Of a stretch of 64,000 bases of DNA, positions 19,902 to 30,435 are shown one piece after another. The position numbers were made by a program, and so were the translations under genes. The stretch comes from Patescibacteria group bacterium UBA3466 (lineage in GTDB: Bacteria; Patescibacteriota; Minisyncoccia; Phycocordibacterales; UBA918), in the NCBI GenBank assembly GCA_002378195.1, contig DFRJ01000004.1, positions 25,073 through 89,072 of the forward strand. The letters run 5' to 3'. A model generated the notes under the pieces. The model was not told the origin of the DNA. It searched no databases and saw nothing but the letters and a program-made list of their open reading frames with translations. The first letter of the stretch is position 1, and every line of letters begins with the position of its first letter.

Positions 19902-21215
19902 TTAATCAATGAAAAAAGCTTTTTCGATAGAGTCACGGTAGGCTTGTCGGTACTCCTCTGGATCAGAGTGAAATTCTTGCTCGATAATACCTTGAGTACT
20001 AAGACTAAACTGCTTTCGTAAACCTATATCATTCAATAGCGTATTGACTGCTCCAAACAAAGTTGTCCTATCGCCTTTGTTGTAAAATAAAACTGATTCA
20101 CCATTCTCAAAAACATCCTCTCGTTTTTGGGTCTTTGCCAATACCATCGGTATACCGCAAGCCGCACCTTTTAAGACCACTTCTTCACTTTCAGAATCTA
20201 CATCACTCACAACGAGCAAATTGGCGGACTTCAAATAAGGCACAATATCTTTATTGTTTTTAATAAAAACAACCTGATCCTCAATACCCAAAGTTTTGAC
20301 TTTCTTTTCAAAAACTCCGCGCATTTTCCCATCACTCAATACCAGTAAACCAATACGTGGATTTTGCAGCAACCCCTGTGCAGCATCCAGCAATTCATCC
20401 AGACCACTATCGCTGTCCAGTCGCCCAGCATAAACCATAAAAAAGATTAACGGTTGATAGGTGGTCTTGAGATCGATCGAATCTTCTCTCGTAATCAAGG
20501 ACTCGTAATCTTGATATTTTGGCAAAAGATCAAGGTCCTTGATCTTAAAATTATTCTGTATCCGCTCGCACAACTTAGTGGTAGAAACTCGCACACTCGA
20601 AAATTTGGGAACAGTAAAGAAAGGTAGAAAAATTCTCCACTTATTAAACTTATCCTTAAGCAAAAACTCGCTGGTGCTGTAGTCGTCTTGAATATGTAGC
20701 TGGGTCGGTCGATTGTATCGCTCGCCTAATTTATTCACCACCCACGCAGATTCAAACGGGTCTAAGGCCACCAGCAAATCAGGTCTAAATCCATTAGCAA
20801 ACTCTAATTCTTGTTCAGCCATTTCGAGTGCTGCCCGAGACGTCTGCCACCAAGCCTTAGAGGCTGATGTGTAAAGCCAGACATTGTCTGACACTCTTAA
20901 AACTGGTTTTTTAGGTTTTATACCCTGACGCAATATTAAAACATGCACCTCATCAAATAAGTCGGACACGTCGACATAACCATCGAGTGTCTGCTGGGTC
21001 GGGCTAAGCAAGTCTATATTCTGCGAAACAAACAGGACTCTAGTAACGTCTCTGGTCGAATCAGAAGAGAACACGCGCTTCTCAGACATCGCCTCTTTCA
21101 CTGTCACCGAAGGGACCTCTGGTGAAGCTTTCTTTTTGTCACGCTGAATAACGTACTCTAGTTCTGAGCCAGCATACTCGGAAGCATCCCTACTAGAAAG
21201 ATCACGCCTTACCAT
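19902..21215 (-). CDS. GT4-like glycosyltransferase, divergent
   Basis: YAGRL and LKGAACGIPMV; resembles the adjacent GT4 (DPFE motif). Confidence 0.75.
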   Translation of the reverse strand: MVRRDLSSRDASEYAGSELEYVIQRDKKKASPEVPSVTVKEAMSEKRVFSSDSTRDVTRVLFVSQNIDLLSPTQQTLDGYVDVSDLFDEVHVLILRQGIKPKKPVLRVSDNVWLYTSASKAWWQTSRAALEMAEQELEFANGFRPDLLVALDPFESAWVVNKLGERYNRPTQLHIQDDYSTSEFLLKDKFNKWRIFLPFFTVPKFSSVRVSTTKLCERIQNNFKIKDLDLLPKYQDYESLITREDSIDLKTTYQPLIFFMVYAGRLDSDSGLDELLDAAQGLLQNPRIGLLVLSDGKMRGVFEKKVKTLGIEDQVVFIKNNKDIVPYLKSANLLVVSDVDSESEEVVLKGAACGIPMVLAKTQKREDVFENGESVLFYNKGDRTTLFGAVNTLLNDIGLRKQFSLSTQGIIEQEFHSDPEEYRQAYRDSIEKAFFID

Positions 21216-21242
21216 GAGGCAATTATAACAAGAAGTTTAAAC

Positions 21243-22382
21243 CTAATCAGTAATTGTAACCGTCGCCCAGCGCTTTGCGTAGGTCGAAAGCGAATCGCTG
21301 CTAGCAACTTCTTTTTTTAAATTATTTACATAAGAAGTGTAAGCTTCTTTGTCACTAGCCATTTCCACCATGGCCTTAGACAGACTTGCAACATCATCAA
21401 GCGGCACCACTTTTCCATGCAACTTATCCAACACAGCCTCGCCTACACAACCAACGTCAGTAGTAACCACCGGTAGTTCAGAGTACTTAGCCTCGATCAA
21501 CACCCTTCCCCAGCCTTCATAATTCGAAGACAAAACATAAGCATCACTCCCCTTCATAAAACCAGGCACGTCATTGATCCAGGAGATTATTCTGATCGAA
21601 GGAGCATCAAGATCTGGATCAAGATCTGCAATCATGCCTTTCATCGCATCATGCTCTTCACCCGTCCCAGCGATTAGCAGTCGAATGTGACTACAGTTTT
21701 TGCGGGCTTCATAAAAAGATTTTATTAGTAGCGGGAAATTTTTTTGCGGAACAAACCTAGCGATTGATAAAAATATAAAAGCGCCTGATTCAAACATGGT
21801 CCTCGGCTCCGTACTAGCAGGGGTATTTTCAAACTGACTGGGGTCTGTTACCACCGGCAGTTGCTTTATGCTATTTTCATCTACCCCACGCCTAACCAAA
21901 GTATTTTTTATTCGCTTTGAAACCACCCTAACGCTATCGGCTCTTTTAATTAGAAATAAACCAAGCTTAAACCTTACTTGGTTTAAGGCACTCTCATTTC
22001 GCCAATAATTAGTACTAAAAACATCACCATGTTCTTGTATATTTAATTTTGCTCGGTTAAAACGCGTAGAGAGCCATGCCACCAAACCAGTCTCAAATGG
22101 ATCTTGCGCAGTTACTGTCACCCCCTCTCCATCGCCCGCCACCAACTTTCTGGTGATCAAAATAGCTTTAAGTAACTTTAATATTGATAATCTGGCAGCA
22201 ATTGGATACAAGGACAAGCCTGATTCTTGATCGTGGACCACGGTCAAATTATTATTCTTAACGAACACCACCATCTGGTAAACACCCACCTCTCTAGCAC
22301 AAGCTTCCATTCTCAACCGTTCGGCATTCCCTTCAACAAACAAATGCTCCCCGTACCCGACTGATATTACAACCTTATTCAT
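21243..22382 (-). CDS. GT4 family glycosyltransferase
   Basis: AQDPFETG, ARFVPQKN, SNYEGWGRVLIEA, TDVGC; start moved to ATG 22382. Confidence 0.9.
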   Translation of the reverse strand: MNKVVISVGYGEHLFVEGNAERLRMEACAREVGVYQMVVFVKNNNLTVVHDQESGLSLYPIAARLSILKLLKAILITRKLVAGDGEGVTVTAQDPFETGLVAWLSTRFNRAKLNIQEHGDVFSTNYWRNESALNQVRFKLGLFLIKRADSVRVVSKRIKNTLVRRGVDENSIKQLPVVTDPSQFENTPASTEPRTMFESGAFIFLSIARFVPQKNFPLLIKSFYEARKNCSHIRLLIAGTGEEHDAMKGMIADLDPDLDAPSIRIISWINDVPGFMKGSDAYVLSSNYEGWGRVLIEAKYSELPVVTTDVGCVGEAVLDKLHGKVVPLDDVASLSKAMVEMASDKEAYTSYVNNLKKEVASSDSLSTYAKRWATVTITD

Positions 22383-23544
22383 GTAACTCATATACCGCTG
22401 CTTTAAATTGCTCAATAGAATCTATTTTATTAAATTGCGAAACAGTTTTTTTTGCTTGTTCTGCGAGAGCAGTGGCTTGATGCTTATCTGACAACAGACT
22501 TATAACTGAGGTGGCTATTTGATCAGTGTGATTAAAATCAACGATTAGACCGTTCTTTTTATCTTTCACCAATTCTGCATTACCTCCAGCAGACGTCGTA
22601 ACAATAGGAGTCCCAATAGCCATCACCTCTAACAATTGATGGGAGAGGCCTTCGTATGCGGTATTAAGAACGAAAACATCTGAATTTTTAACAACTGAAA
22701 ATAAATCCGACTTACATAGATCGCCTGTCATTATAACGTTACTAGACAATCCTTCTCTTTGAATTAATTCAACCAAAGAAGTTTCACCTGGCCCCGATCC
22801 AACAATATACAAGACCACGGATGGATATGAATCCTTAATTTTTTTGACAGCACTGATAACGGCCTCGAAACCCTTCCAGGGCACCAATCTGCCGACAGAA
22901 ACAATGCTTGGTGAAGCGCTAACATTGTACGAGCCACCATGCTCCGGGAGTGGATCTAATGAACTGTATATCACTTTAATTTTATCGCTACCGACTCCCC
23001 ATTTGCTCACAATACTTTTTAAATACTCACTAGGCACTACAATTAAAGCTGATCGACTTGCCACAAATGATTCTACTCTCTTCAGCAACTTGGTTTTAAA
23101 ACTTAAATCTGAATTATCTTCAAGCCAAAATTCATCTAGCGTTTTAATATGCCCCTCCTTAACCCGAGCTTGTTCCCACGCATAATCACCCCCTAAACGT
23201 AACAACATCTTCTTTCTGACAAAAAATGAAACTGTCGCTGCTGGTAAACCGACACTGACCGGGTCTAATGCATATATAAAGTCAGCACCTTTTGAAGCCA
23301 AAAATAATTTCCAGATGTACAAAATATGCCTAATCAATTTTGGATACCTTTTTACGTCTGAGAATTTCACTATAGACAAGTCGAATTCAACACCAGGCAA
23401 ATCTCTCTCCAGCATTGAAACGTAGGTAGCCGGGCCGCCAATCTCCGGCGGGTACAAGCCGGTGGCGATGGTAATCCGGATTGGTTTAGCTGGATTCGCC
23501 TTTAGTTCTAACGATTTCTGATTTTTAATAATTTCTGACGCCAT
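22375..23544 (-). CDS. GT4 family glycosyltransferase
   Basis: TGLYPPEIGGPATY, VGRLVPWKG, YEGLSHQLLEVM; start moved to ATG 23544. Confidence 0.9.
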   Translation of the reverse strand: MASEIIKNQKSLELKANPAKPIRITIATGLYPPEIGGPATYVSMLERDLPGVEFDLSIVKFSDVKRYPKLIRHILYIWKLFLASKGADFIYALDPVSVGLPAATVSFFVRKKMLLRLGGDYAWEQARVKEGHIKTLDEFWLEDNSDLSFKTKLLKRVESFVASRSALIVVPSEYLKSIVSKWGVGSDKIKVIYSSLDPLPEHGGSYNVSASPSIVSVGRLVPWKGFEAVISAVKKIKDSYPSVVLYIVGSGPGETSLVELIQREGLSSNVIMTGDLCKSDLFSVVKNSDVFVLNTAYEGLSHQLLEVMAIGTPIVTTSAGGNAELVKDKKNGLIVDFNHTDQIATSVISLLSDKHQATALAEQAKKTVSQFNKIDSIEQFKAAVYELHE

Positions 23545-23551
23545 AATATAC

Positions 23552-24763
23552 CTAATCAAATAATGGACTGAATATCTTCCCTTCCATGTCACCAGCGATA
23601 ATATCCCAGTCGTATTTTTTCATCACCATAGTTTTTGCGTAAATGGTCACCTTATCTACTTTTTCTGGATTAGACAAAATCTTCATTACAGCCTTGCTGA
23701 TTTCTTTAGGATTGTCTTTTGGTACCGCCCAACCTGTTGTATCTTGGTCAGGATTAACTTCTTCATCAAACAGAAAATCTGCAATTCCACCCTCTTGAGT
23801 AGCAATCACTGGCAACCCGGCTGCCATGGCTTCCACAAAAGAATTACCCATCCCCTCGCTACGTGACGGGCGAATAAAAATATTGCACGCCTTTAGATAC
23901 AAAGGCATTACTGAGTGTTCAATCTGGCCAAAAAATAACACCCTGTCTGACACGTTGAGTTTGGCAGCCAAAGCTTTCAACATGTCGTTATCTGGCCCAG
24001 TGCCAAATACCACAAACTTCACATTCTCGGGAAGATGTACTAGCGAAGAAATAACATCGTCTATGGCATTTTTAGTTACCAGTCGAGAGGTAGTAACCAG
24101 AAGGACATCGTCTTTAGAAAATCCCAACTCTGTCCGAACAGAGGAAATTTCTTCTGGGGTGTAGCATTGGGTAAAGTGCTTGGTATTTACTGCATTTGGT
24201 ATCAAAACAGGCTCTCTGTTATAGCCTTTCTGCTTAGCCCAATTACCTAGGAAGCTAGAAATAACTTGGATCGTATCCGGTGTAGTAAACGCTCGATCAA
24301 AAGCTTTGCCAAACAGGCGCATTTTCTTTTCTATATACTCTGGCGGGTCTCCCTCTTGCAGAGTGAGAATATATTTCGCATCTGGAAACGCTCGTTTAAA
24401 TTTTTGAGCTGGTACTCCAGTTGCATGCGCCATCATAGCCCACACACCATCAAACTTCTCAGTTTTGTGTAATTGCTTGGCTTTATAAAAAGCCAAAAAT
24501 TGAAATATTATTTTATTTAAGTGGAGCGGCCACTTACGCAGATCGGCCATCGTTGGATTCTTAGTCGTAATCCCTATTCTGTGCACTGTTACATTTCCGA
24601 TTTGTTCAGTTTTAGGAAGAGTCGAATCAAAACGATTGCAAACTAAATGAAACTCAAATTTTTCCGAGCTAATACGATTGGTGATTTCCTGCAAAGCCAC
24701 CTCGGCTCCCCCCACATGCTTTGGAAAATAAGCTAAAGAAAAAATTAGAATCTTCTTTTTCAT
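23552..24763 (-). CDS. GT4 family glycosyltransferase
   Basis: VGGAE, SRLVTKN, SRSEGMGNSFVEAMAAGLPV. Confidence 0.92.
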   Translation of the reverse strand: MKKKILIFSLAYFPKHVGGAEVALQEITNRISSEKFEFHLVCNRFDSTLPKTEQIGNVTVHRIGITTKNPTMADLRKWPLHLNKIIFQFLAFYKAKQLHKTEKFDGVWAMMAHATGVPAQKFKRAFPDAKYILTLQEGDPPEYIEKKMRLFGKAFDRAFTTPDTIQVISSFLGNWAKQKGYNREPVLIPNAVNTKHFTQCYTPEEISSVRTELGFSKDDVLLVTTSRLVTKNAIDDVISSLVHLPENVKFVVFGTGPDNDMLKALAAKLNVSDRVLFFGQIEHSVMPLYLKACNIFIRPSRSEGMGNSFVEAMAAGLPVIATQEGGIADFLFDEEVNPDQDTTGWAVPKDNPKEISKAVMKILSNPEKVDKVTIYAKTMVMKKYDWDIIAGDMEGKIFSPLFD

Positions 24764-25617
24764 GATTTAATATTTTGAATGTAATCACGCAATGATTTTT
24801 TTGGCGACCAACCAAGCTCAAGCGTGGCTCTTTTTATATCAACCTCGGACGACATTCTATTACCCGGTCTCTCCTCCAGCATTTCGATTTCTCCACCAAA
24901 CAGTTCAGCCACTTCAAGAATAGAAAAAGATTCTGGATTACCCAACCCATACTCATCTCCTTCACCACGCTCACCAACCAATACTAATCCATCGACGATA
25001 TCGTCAACGTGGGTAAAATTTCTCTTTTGAGTCCCCGGCAATCGTACTGAGAGTTTTTCTCCCTGCTGATACTTTCTTTTGAAGATCCCAATCAGCGTAC
25101 CAGTTTCGATATCCCCTCGCTCTCGTTCTCCGTAAACATTATAAAAATAAGTAATGGCATAACTTATGCCATACCAGTCTGCATACCTCTGAACCAAATT
25201 AGTATTCGACGCCTTAGTCCAAGCGTACGGACTTTGATCCTTTCCAATCCCACCATCGGCAAACTTAGTCGATGAACCAGCGTATAACAATTTTGCTCCG
25301 CAGTCTCTAACAAATTCAAGTACTGCAATAGTACCGATCACATTTGAGTCAAGTACCATTTTTATATCATCAAACGATTGTTCCACTCGGGCATACTCCC
25401 CCAAATGAAAGATGATATCTGGTGATTCGGAAATATGTTTGGCGATGTCTTTGGTGTGACCCTCCCGATAATCCACGCCGTCTACATGATTGTCTTTGCT
25501 ACCGGTAAAATAGTTATCCAAAGAAATAACCCTGTAACCATCTTTAACCAATCTTTCACATAAATGCGAACCAATAAATCCAGCTCCTCCTGTTACCACC
25601 GCTAGTTTTTCTGACAT
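24760..25617 (-). CDS. NAD-dependent nucleotide-sugar epimerase/dehydratase (extended SDR)
   Basis: VTGGAGFIG, YAWTK (YxxxK), FYNVYG, RNFTHVDD. Confidence 0.9.
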   Translation of the reverse strand: MSEKLAVVTGGAGFIGSHLCERLVKDGYRVISLDNYFTGSKDNHVDGVDYREGHTKDIAKHISESPDIIFHLGEYARVEQSFDDIKMVLDSNVIGTIAVLEFVRDCGAKLLYAGSSTKFADGGIGKDQSPYAWTKASNTNLVQRYADWYGISYAITYFYNVYGERERGDIETGTLIGIFKRKYQQGEKLSVRLPGTQKRNFTHVDDIVDGLVLVGERGEGDEYGLGNPESFSILEVAELFGGEIEMLEERPGNRMSSEVDIKRATLELGWSPKKSLRDYIQNIKS

Positions 25618-25639
25618 AGTATCTAGATATTACCAAAGA

Positions 25640-27013
25640 TTAAGTGATTTCGTTACTTTTCGGCCTAGCGTAGACACTAAGCGTACCTAGCAACAAGACT
25701 ACAACCAAACCAATATACGACCAATTAAAATCTGTTTCGGCCTGCACCGAAGCAGCCAGCTGTTGCTTACTTTGCACTTTAGTCGTTTTACTATCGTCCT
25801 CACTGACAGCCACCTCATCCTTGGTTGACTGATCTTCGATAACCGACGCAAATGGTTCGCTAGTAGAGATAGCGCTAATCGCTGGCTCTGGTGCGACATA
25901 AGCCACTTCTGGCGGCTTTATTGATTCTGCTTTATGCAAGCTATCTGGGATAATCGAGTCTAATAAAACTCCCTCTCCATCATAAATAGCTACCATGCTC
26001 TTGTCGTTTGCCACCAATCTTTCTTTCTTAAGCATCATGGTTTGTCTGGGTAATAAAATAGTCCGCGGTGGCATATCAAAATACTTATCACCCCGCACGC
26101 GATAGTTAGACAGGTCGATTTCGTACTCTGAGTCATTATTTACCAGTATGTCCCCACGGCGATTTGTACCGAGAGATACATCCACTGGCAAAATAGTAAT
26201 TTCGTGACGCTGGACTGCGTGTTGGCGCTTATACTCAGCATGCACGGTTACTACATATTTACCCGGGTAGGTAAAAATATGTTCCTGTTCTTTACCGGCT
26301 GCACTATAGCTATCACCAAAATTCCAATCATAATGCAAAGAATCAATCAGCACATCACCAATACCTGACGGCTCAACATAAAAATCAATCGGCTGATTTA
26401 CATAGCCGGTCTTCTGCGCGTACACCTCAAGCTCTAGCGTTACTCCAGGCAACACCAGCTCTACCCCAGTTTCTTGATCAGACTCACTATCATCGTCGTC
26501 AGGCAGATCATTATCATCATCTTCTGCAGACAAATCTTGGGCAGTAACCTCCGGCGCCGACCCAGGGGTCGGCGCCTCAGTTACCCAACCCTTACTAGTG
26601 TACTGAGCTGTCTCCTTAGTAACATTATCACCGCCAATTTTTTCCCAACCTTCTCCTCCACTCACCTGATCTACCAATGATCCATCAGCTCGCTCTAGGC
26701 GCAAAGTCGCACCCGTATTTACCAGCGCTCCGGTATACAGCATAAAAGCAGTTCCCTTAGCTGAATCTTCACTGGTTCTTTCTAAGACAGCATAGGAATT
26801 TGCCGGCAAGGTTCCCTCTAAAACAATATTTAAATTCATCCCGTCACTAATCACCCAATCCGTCACATCAATCGCAGCCCCATCATTTCTAAGTTCAATC
26901 CATTCATGCCCAGCTGAAACTGATGACCCCATCCAAGCCACTTCGCTGATATAAACACTAGCGTTGGTTATACAAGGTAAAAACAGCAACAACCAAACGC
27001 CTATCCTATACAT
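25640..27013 (-). CDS. Secreted lamin-tail-domain plus PKD-domain protein with C-terminal membrane anchor
   Basis: Signal peptide, ISEVAWMG...EWIELRN (LTD), WNFGD...HIFTYPGKYVV (PKD), C-terminal TM helix. Confidence 0.75.
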   Translation of the reverse strand: MYRIGVWLLLFLPCITNASVYISEVAWMGSSVSAGHEWIELRNDGAAIDVTDWVISDGMNLNIVLEGTLPANSYAVLERTSEDSAKGTAFMLYTGALVNTGATLRLERADGSLVDQVSGGEGWEKIGGDNVTKETAQYTSKGWVTEAPTPGSAPEVTAQDLSAEDDDNDLPDDDDSESDQETGVELVLPGVTLELEVYAQKTGYVNQPIDFYVEPSGIGDVLIDSLHYDWNFGDSYSAAGKEQEHIFTYPGKYVVTVHAEYKRQHAVQRHEITILPVDVSLGTNRRGDILVNNDSEYEIDLSNYRVRGDKYFDMPPRTILLPRQTMMLKKERLVANDKSMVAIYDGEGVLLDSIIPDSLHKAESIKPPEVAYVAPEPAISAISTSEPFASVIEDQSTKDEVAVSEDDSKTTKVQSKQQLAASVQAETDFNWSYIGLVVVLLLGTLSVYARPKSNEIT

Positions 27014-27016
27014 GTC

Positions 27017-28840
27017 CTACTGTTTAAAAGGTGAAGACTCACCATCACTCTGCCGCAGCAACTTCTTTACCACCGCCACATCAGCGCCAGTGCTACCTGC
27101 GTTGGCCACTGGTCGTTTTTGTACAACCACCGTTTTCTTTTTTTCTTCGACAGATTGAGGCTTCTGGGGTGTTTCCACTGGCTTTGTAGACTGGTGATCC
27201 TTCAGCGCCTGAGCCAAAGCGTCTTTCAGATTATTGCCCTCCGCTGGTTTGGCTGGCCGTGGATTATTAGACTGGAGCTTAGACGCTTCTTTTTGTGGTT
27301 TTCTGTTACCTGATTGTCCTGGCTGATTTCTTTGGTCAGTTTTGACTGACTCCTTTTCTTTATTAGCCAATTGCGACAATATATTCTTTAAATCATCTGG
27401 ACTTTTATCCTGTTTGGGCTGCTTATTTCTTTCTTGTCCTCCAGAGTGATTTCGGCCATTACCGTTAGGTCGGTTTTGACCATGTGCCTTATGTTCATTG
27501 CCACCCTTTTTACCATTATTTTTTTTTGGCTTCTCCGGCGTTGGCGTTGGGTTGTGTAGCTCAGCCACCAGTTTTTCCACCTCGCCTCTCTCGTTTGCGT
27601 AACTCTTTCTACTCGCTTCAATCACCATATCCCGATAAGACGCCGGTGGCGGTTCAATTGGCGGCAAAGTTTGCGCCGAAAATGGCTGCGACCCAATTCC
27701 GTCAATCATCAAAGTGAGATAGATTTGTGCAAATCCTAAATTAACCAAATCATTGGCTTCAAAACGCGGTGAGAAGATGGTCTCTAAAACTTCAGCATCA
27801 AACGGTCCAACACGAAAAGCGACGGTGGTTCCGACGTTACCAAACACAGCATTACGAACATCCTCTTCCATTTGTTCAATGTACTGGTGGGCAATGATCA
27901 GATTCAAGTGATACTTACGAGCTTCAGATAAAATATTGGCAAAAGTCGCATTCGCAAACGACTGGAATTCATCCACGTAAAAATAAAAATTTGGCTGTTG
28001 TTTCATTTCTGCCACTGGGAGATCGGCTCGACTCATGGCCGCCAGATAAATCCGAGTGGTCAACATTGAACCAAGTAAGTTAGCGTTGGTTTCTCCAATC
28101 AAACCTTTAGACAAGTTCATAATGAGAATCTTTTTTTCATCCATCAACTGCCTAATATCGAAACTAGACTTTGGCTGACCAACAATATTCCTGATCAAAG
28201 GATTACCAGTAAATTGTCCAATCTTATTCTGGATAGCCGGCAAGGCTTCAGCCGCAAATCGCTCGGTGTAGTTAGCAAACTCCTCGGTCCAAAAAGCTTT
28301 AACGGCTGGATCCTTACAATAATCAACCACCTGTTTCCGATAGGGTTTATCTATAAACAAGCGATTAACCGACAACAGCGTAGTATCTGGATATTCAATC
28401 AACACCAAAAGTGCGTTAGTAAGAATATATTCCATTCGAGCACTCCACTGATCTACCCAAATCTTTTTAAAGGTCGACATCAGGCCAGACACCACCAAGT
28501 GGCGTTTGTCCGGACCCACGTCTTCCATCACGTTGAAAGAGATTGGGCTATCAATATCAAACGGAGCGAAGTAAACAACATCTTTAATCCGGTGCTCTGG
28601 CACATATTCGAGCAGAGTTTCAGCGGCTGATCCGTGCGGATCGATAAAAGCCATACCTTCTCCATTTTTAATATCCTGAGCCGCCATATTCTCCAACAAG
28701 GTCGACTTGCCCATACCAGTCTTACCGACTACATACATATGTCGCTGTCGGTCTTTAGCTTTGATTCCAAACGGAGTATTCTGACCGCGTGCATCAGTTT
28801 TAGCAAAGAAAGTGATTTTCTCAGGATCAAAAGTAGTCAT
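27017..28840 (-). CDS. VirD4/TraG/TrwB-like (type IV secretion DNA-binding domain) ATPase, CPR type
   Basis: HMYVVGKTGMGKS, IDPHG, YVDEFQ, SEARKY, AHQY; low-complexity C-terminal tail. Confidence 0.85.
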   Translation of the reverse strand: MTTFDPEKITFFAKTDARGQNTPFGIKAKDRQRHMYVVGKTGMGKSTLLENMAAQDIKNGEGMAFIDPHGSAAETLLEYVPEHRIKDVVYFAPFDIDSPISFNVMEDVGPDKRHLVVSGLMSTFKKIWVDQWSARMEYILTNALLVLIEYPDTTLLSVNRLFIDKPYRKQVVDYCKDPAVKAFWTEEFANYTERFAAEALPAIQNKIGQFTGNPLIRNIVGQPKSSFDIRQLMDEKKILIMNLSKGLIGETNANLLGSMLTTRIYLAAMSRADLPVAEMKQQPNFYFYVDEFQSFANATFANILSEARKYHLNLIIAHQYIEQMEEDVRNAVFGNVGTTVAFRVGPFDAEVLETIFSPRFEANDLVNLGFAQIYLTLMIDGIGSQPFSAQTLPPIEPPPASYRDMVIEASRKSYANERGEVEKLVAELHNPTPTPEKPKKNNGKKGGNEHKAHGQNRPNGNGRNHSGGQERNKQPKQDKSPDDLKNILSQLANKEKESVKTDQRNQPGQSGNRKPQKEASKLQSNNPRPAKPAEGNNLKDALAQALKDHQSTKPVETPQKPQSVEEKKKTVVVQKRPVANAGSTGADVAVVKKLLRQSDGESSPFKQ

Positions 28841-28855
28841 AATAAAAGTATAGCA

Positions 28856-30373
28856 CTAGCTATCAAACTGGCTTTTAGCGTGTGAAATGAGAGTCTCAAT
28901 ATCTGTCGTGCGATCAGTAGAGCCGAGCACAATAATAATCACTTTGCGTACCTCACCCTGAAACTCAATCTCGTGCAAAGATACTGAAGTCTGACCAGCA
29001 GCTGTCGTCTCACCCACTTTTCCGCCCACAAAACTATCCATGTCTTCTAATTCATTGAAATTAATCAAGCCATCAAACTCACCCCCGACATATACGCTAG
29101 TCAACTTTTCATTGACGGTAAGGTCAAAAATAAATTTCTTATTATCGTGAATATACTTTGCCAACTGATATAAATCTCCGATAGTAGATTCGTTGCCGTC
29201 TTGCAAACCAGCCGGATCAACAAAAGTAGTATTGAGCATGCCGATCTGGCGTGCTTTGGCATTCATCGCTGCAATAAAGTCTTCCCGGCCCATTTCACCA
29301 GCGATCGTTTCGGCTGCCTCGTTTGAAGACTCAAGCAGTAACAATTGCAACAAACTGTACATCGAAACACTACTGCGGTCTGCTAGTCTCGGGATCAAAG
29401 AGTTTACAAATGTCGGCGCTGTCACTCGCACCCTTTGATCTAGGTCAATTTCTTCCGCCGCAACCAATGCGGTCATTAGTTTGGTCACAGAAGCAATTGG
29501 CGCCACCGCATTTAAGTCGCTAGCGGCGAGCACTGAACCATTATCAATATCACCGATAAAGTAATGATTGGATCCCACCTCTGGCACTTTTGGCTCATAA
29601 ATGAACGTGTCTTTGGCAGCTACTTGTTTGTGTACGAGCACTGGTACCCCCTCCTTGACGTTGGCAAACAAACGCTCGGCCGCTGCATCAGCTAAACGTA
29701 CCCCACCGCCATTAAAATCTTCATCAACTTCCTCTCCGTTGGGATAAGTTGGTAGGCCATGAATGTAATAATTGTTTTGGAAAGTTACTCGCCAAGGCAA
29801 ATCTACCTGTGATACGGTACTAAAAATTTCTTCATCCAATTGCTCAACCTGATACAGACCAGACGACACTTCAGACCACGAACCACTGTCGGGTGTACCC
29901 AGTATTTCCGCGCTTTGTAACAACACTCCATTCTCAAAATAACGGAGCTGCGATTGCGAAAGATCCAACTCAATGAAAGTTAAACTTTCTTCAATAAATG
30001 CATCGCGGGTTTCAATAAAGAAATTATTACTAGCCAGTGCCGCTAAAGGCCCGTACTCAAGCGTAGTTGGTCGATTGGAGTATGGAGCATTAATGGTCAC
30101 AACTGGTACCGCTGGAGAACCTCCCAAAGACCACAAACCAAAAGCCGAAGTCCCCAAAATAGTAAGGGCAAATAAAGCCAGCAGAGCGGTTGTGTTTCTT
30201 TTATAACCAACCCCTCCCTTACCCCCAATGGCGGCCGGAGTGAAGTCGGTAGTGGCTGGTGGCAAAGTTCTGGTGTCTTTGATGCGGCCAGGAATTAACA
30301 AACCCTTTCTTTCGTTAGGTCTATCGTCTTCATATGAAAACAGGCGGACTGCTGAATCTGAATCATCTGACAT
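28856..30373 (-). CDS. YkuD-like domain fused to a D-Ala-D-Ala carboxypeptidase (peptidase S11)
   Basis: TM helix, YIHG...GGGVRL (YkuD-like), then ASVTKLMTA (SxxK), SSN (SxN), GGKVG. Confidence 0.8.
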   Translation of the reverse strand: MSDDSDSAVRLFSYEDDRPNERKGLLIPGRIKDTRTLPPATTDFTPAAIGGKGGVGYKRNTTALLALFALTILGTSAFGLWSLGGSPAVPVVTINAPYSNRPTTLEYGPLAALASNNFFIETRDAFIEESLTFIELDLSQSQLRYFENGVLLQSAEILGTPDSGSWSEVSSGLYQVEQLDEEIFSTVSQVDLPWRVTFQNNYYIHGLPTYPNGEEVDEDFNGGGVRLADAAAERLFANVKEGVPVLVHKQVAAKDTFIYEPKVPEVGSNHYFIGDIDNGSVLAASDLNAVAPIASVTKLMTALVAAEEIDLDQRVRVTAPTFVNSLIPRLADRSSVSMYSLLQLLLLESSNEAAETIAGEMGREDFIAAMNAKARQIGMLNTTFVDPAGLQDGNESTIGDLYQLAKYIHDNKKFIFDLTVNEKLTSVYVGGEFDGLINFNELEDMDSFVGGKVGETTAAGQTSVSLHEIEFQGEVRKVIIIVLGSTDRTTDIETLISHAKSQFDS

Positions 30374-30435
30374 GTTTATTTAATAATAACGCATCAAAAT
30401 AGCTAAAAACAGCAGAGATAACCCCACCTAAGCTA

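Noticed and set aside
27017-28840. Conjugative element suggested by the VirD4-like ATPase
   Set aside because: There is no relaxase, VirB4, integrase or oriT context, and this ATPase is a common chromosomal CPR gene.
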